A stretch of DNA of 64,000 bases, from positions 96,001 through 160,000 of IMG/VR virus record IMGVR_UViG_3300047567_000025; one strand, 5' to 3'. Each line of letters starts with the position of its first letter. Position 1 is the first letter of the stretch. The position numbers were made by a program, and so were the translations under genes. This document shows positions 62,870 to 64,000 of the stretch, piece after piece. The notes below the pieces were generated by a model. It worked only from the letters and a program-made list of their open reading frames with translations, did no database searches and had not been told where the DNA came from. Source of the stretch: a virus (Duplodnaviria > Caudoviricetes).

Positions 62870-64000
62870 ATGAAAGAGCCATCGAATAAGACACTCATGT
62901 ACATGTTTGATCCAGATGAAGAGTACACCTACAATATTAAGCATGGAACAGTTTATCCTTATAACGGTTTTCCAAAAGGACTATATGGAAGGAAATATAA
63001 AAAGACAAGATTCATACTCTGGGAGCCTATTCCGGAAGATATTATAATTAGGCATTATGGCTCACAGATATTTGTTAATTTCTCTGCAGTTTTTCCAAAT
63101 GATATTGAAGATCCAGCAATTCAATTGTTTCAGATGCGTGCTAAACGTGTTGATTTACAAAATCTAATTTGTGAACAAATAAATTTCTTCACGGCATTAT
63201 ATGATGACGATAATGATCTAATAACATCAATGCTGATTGCAAAATATATAACTGATTCACAAACATACACGATTGTCACGTTTGAAGATTTCTATATGAA
63301 ATTATATGAGACATTATTCCCCGAGAGGACACTTGAGAAAATCAGAAAGATGGTAGATGAAAATGATGTTGGCGATGATATCGTAGGATTGTTTCCATTA
63401 GACTTTCTCAGAGATGTATATATTGTATCTTTCATGATAAAAGTCATGCATATATACATTGAGCATTTCATTTTATCGACAGGCAATTCTCCTAAAGATT
63501 TATATGAATTATTTGCAAAAGCATTTACTTATATTATGAATTCTATTAATCCAAATATGTATGTGCTTTTGTATAACTATGTAAACAAGAGTGTTGCTCA
63601 GTCAATATCAAGCAATTCAAATATATATGATATGCAAGCTATAGATGGTGTTACTGCACCAACTACATCGCAGGTTGTAATGAGAAAGATATTACTATGT
63701 GATGGTCTAATTAAATTAACATTTGCTTCGGCATGGGATAAAATTAATAAAAGACCAACATTTTCATGTGTAGGTCTTATCAAAGCAATTGTATCAAGAG
63801 CTGCTTTCCTAACAAGGAAAACACAATTGCGATTTTCATTAGTAAATGTTGATGACGTGTCACAACTTCTCAGCGACAATATTAATTCAAATTCTCCTAT
63901 TTCAATGATTAGATCTTTTAATCCCGGAGAATATAGCTGCATGTTAAAAGATTTAAATATTATAATTGCACAAATTGCATTAGAAATAGATTTATCGCCC
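62870..64000 (+). CDS. probable sigma-like subunit of non-virion RNAP (phiKZ gp68 / AR9 gp226-like); partial
   Basis: Not in the ORF track (open to the window end); SD GGAGGAG; helical ICEQINFFTALYDDDNDL...KYITD...IRKMVDEN resembles that family from memory only. Confidence 0.4.
   Translation, partial: MKEPSNKTLMYMFDPDEEYTYNIKHGTVYPYNGFPKGLYGRKYKKTRFILWEPIPEDIIIRHYGSQIFVNFSAVFPNDIEDPAIQLFQMRAKRVDLQNLICEQINFFTALYDDDNDLITSMLIAKYITDSQTYTIVTFEDFYMKLYETLFPERTLEKIRKMVDENDVGDDIVGLFPLDFLRDVYIVSFMIKVMHIYIEHFILSTGNSPKDLYELFAKAFTYIMNSINPNMYVLLYNYVNKSVAQSISSNSNIYDMQAIDGVTAPTTSQVVMRKILLCDGLIKLTFASAWDKINKRPTFSCVGLIKAIVSRAAFLTRKTQLRFSLVNVDDVSQLLSDNINSNSPISMIRSFNPGEYSCMLKDLNIIIAQIALEIDLSP

Noticed and set aside
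1-64000. Phage nucleus (chimallin) or PhuZ tubulin genes
   Set aside because: No ORF here shows recognisable motifs for either, so nucleus formation cannot be inferred from this window.

Overview
This AT-rich (about 30% GC by eye), gene-dense window in standard code 11 looks like part of a phiKZ/AR9-type jumbo phage. The host is probably a Firmicute (Clostridia/Ruminococcus-like), inferred from the amidase, holin, BspA LRR and 3D-domain protein. Core genes: a family-B DNA polymerase split into two genes 45 kb apart, multisubunit RNA polymerase beta and beta' subunits, a probable sigma-like subunit, a GyrA/ParC topoisomerase subunit, an SF2 helicase, ThyX and other nucleotide enzymes, head proteins with E|S/A/G maturation motifs, a tail-fibre module and lysis genes. 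The most unusual content is non-coding. (1) Three dispersed arrays (6+5+2 units of 131-162 bp) lie at divergent gene junctions; each unit is T-tract + phage early-promoter-like motif + perfect 9-bp hairpin + Shine-Dalgarno-like tract with no start codon. (2) Accessory-gene expression cassettes share a promoter, a hairpin-SD leader (5 copies) and, in two cases, the same terminator end, but carry unrelated cargo. (3) The helicase is broken inside its Walker A motif by GGT-TA-GGT, the geometry of a translational stop-hop. Two promoter classes can be read from the sequence: ANATATATTATT-N4-TG and AAAC-N7-TAA. Four frame breaks in total mean assembly error cannot be excluded. All protein calls rest on motif recognition by eye, without database searches.
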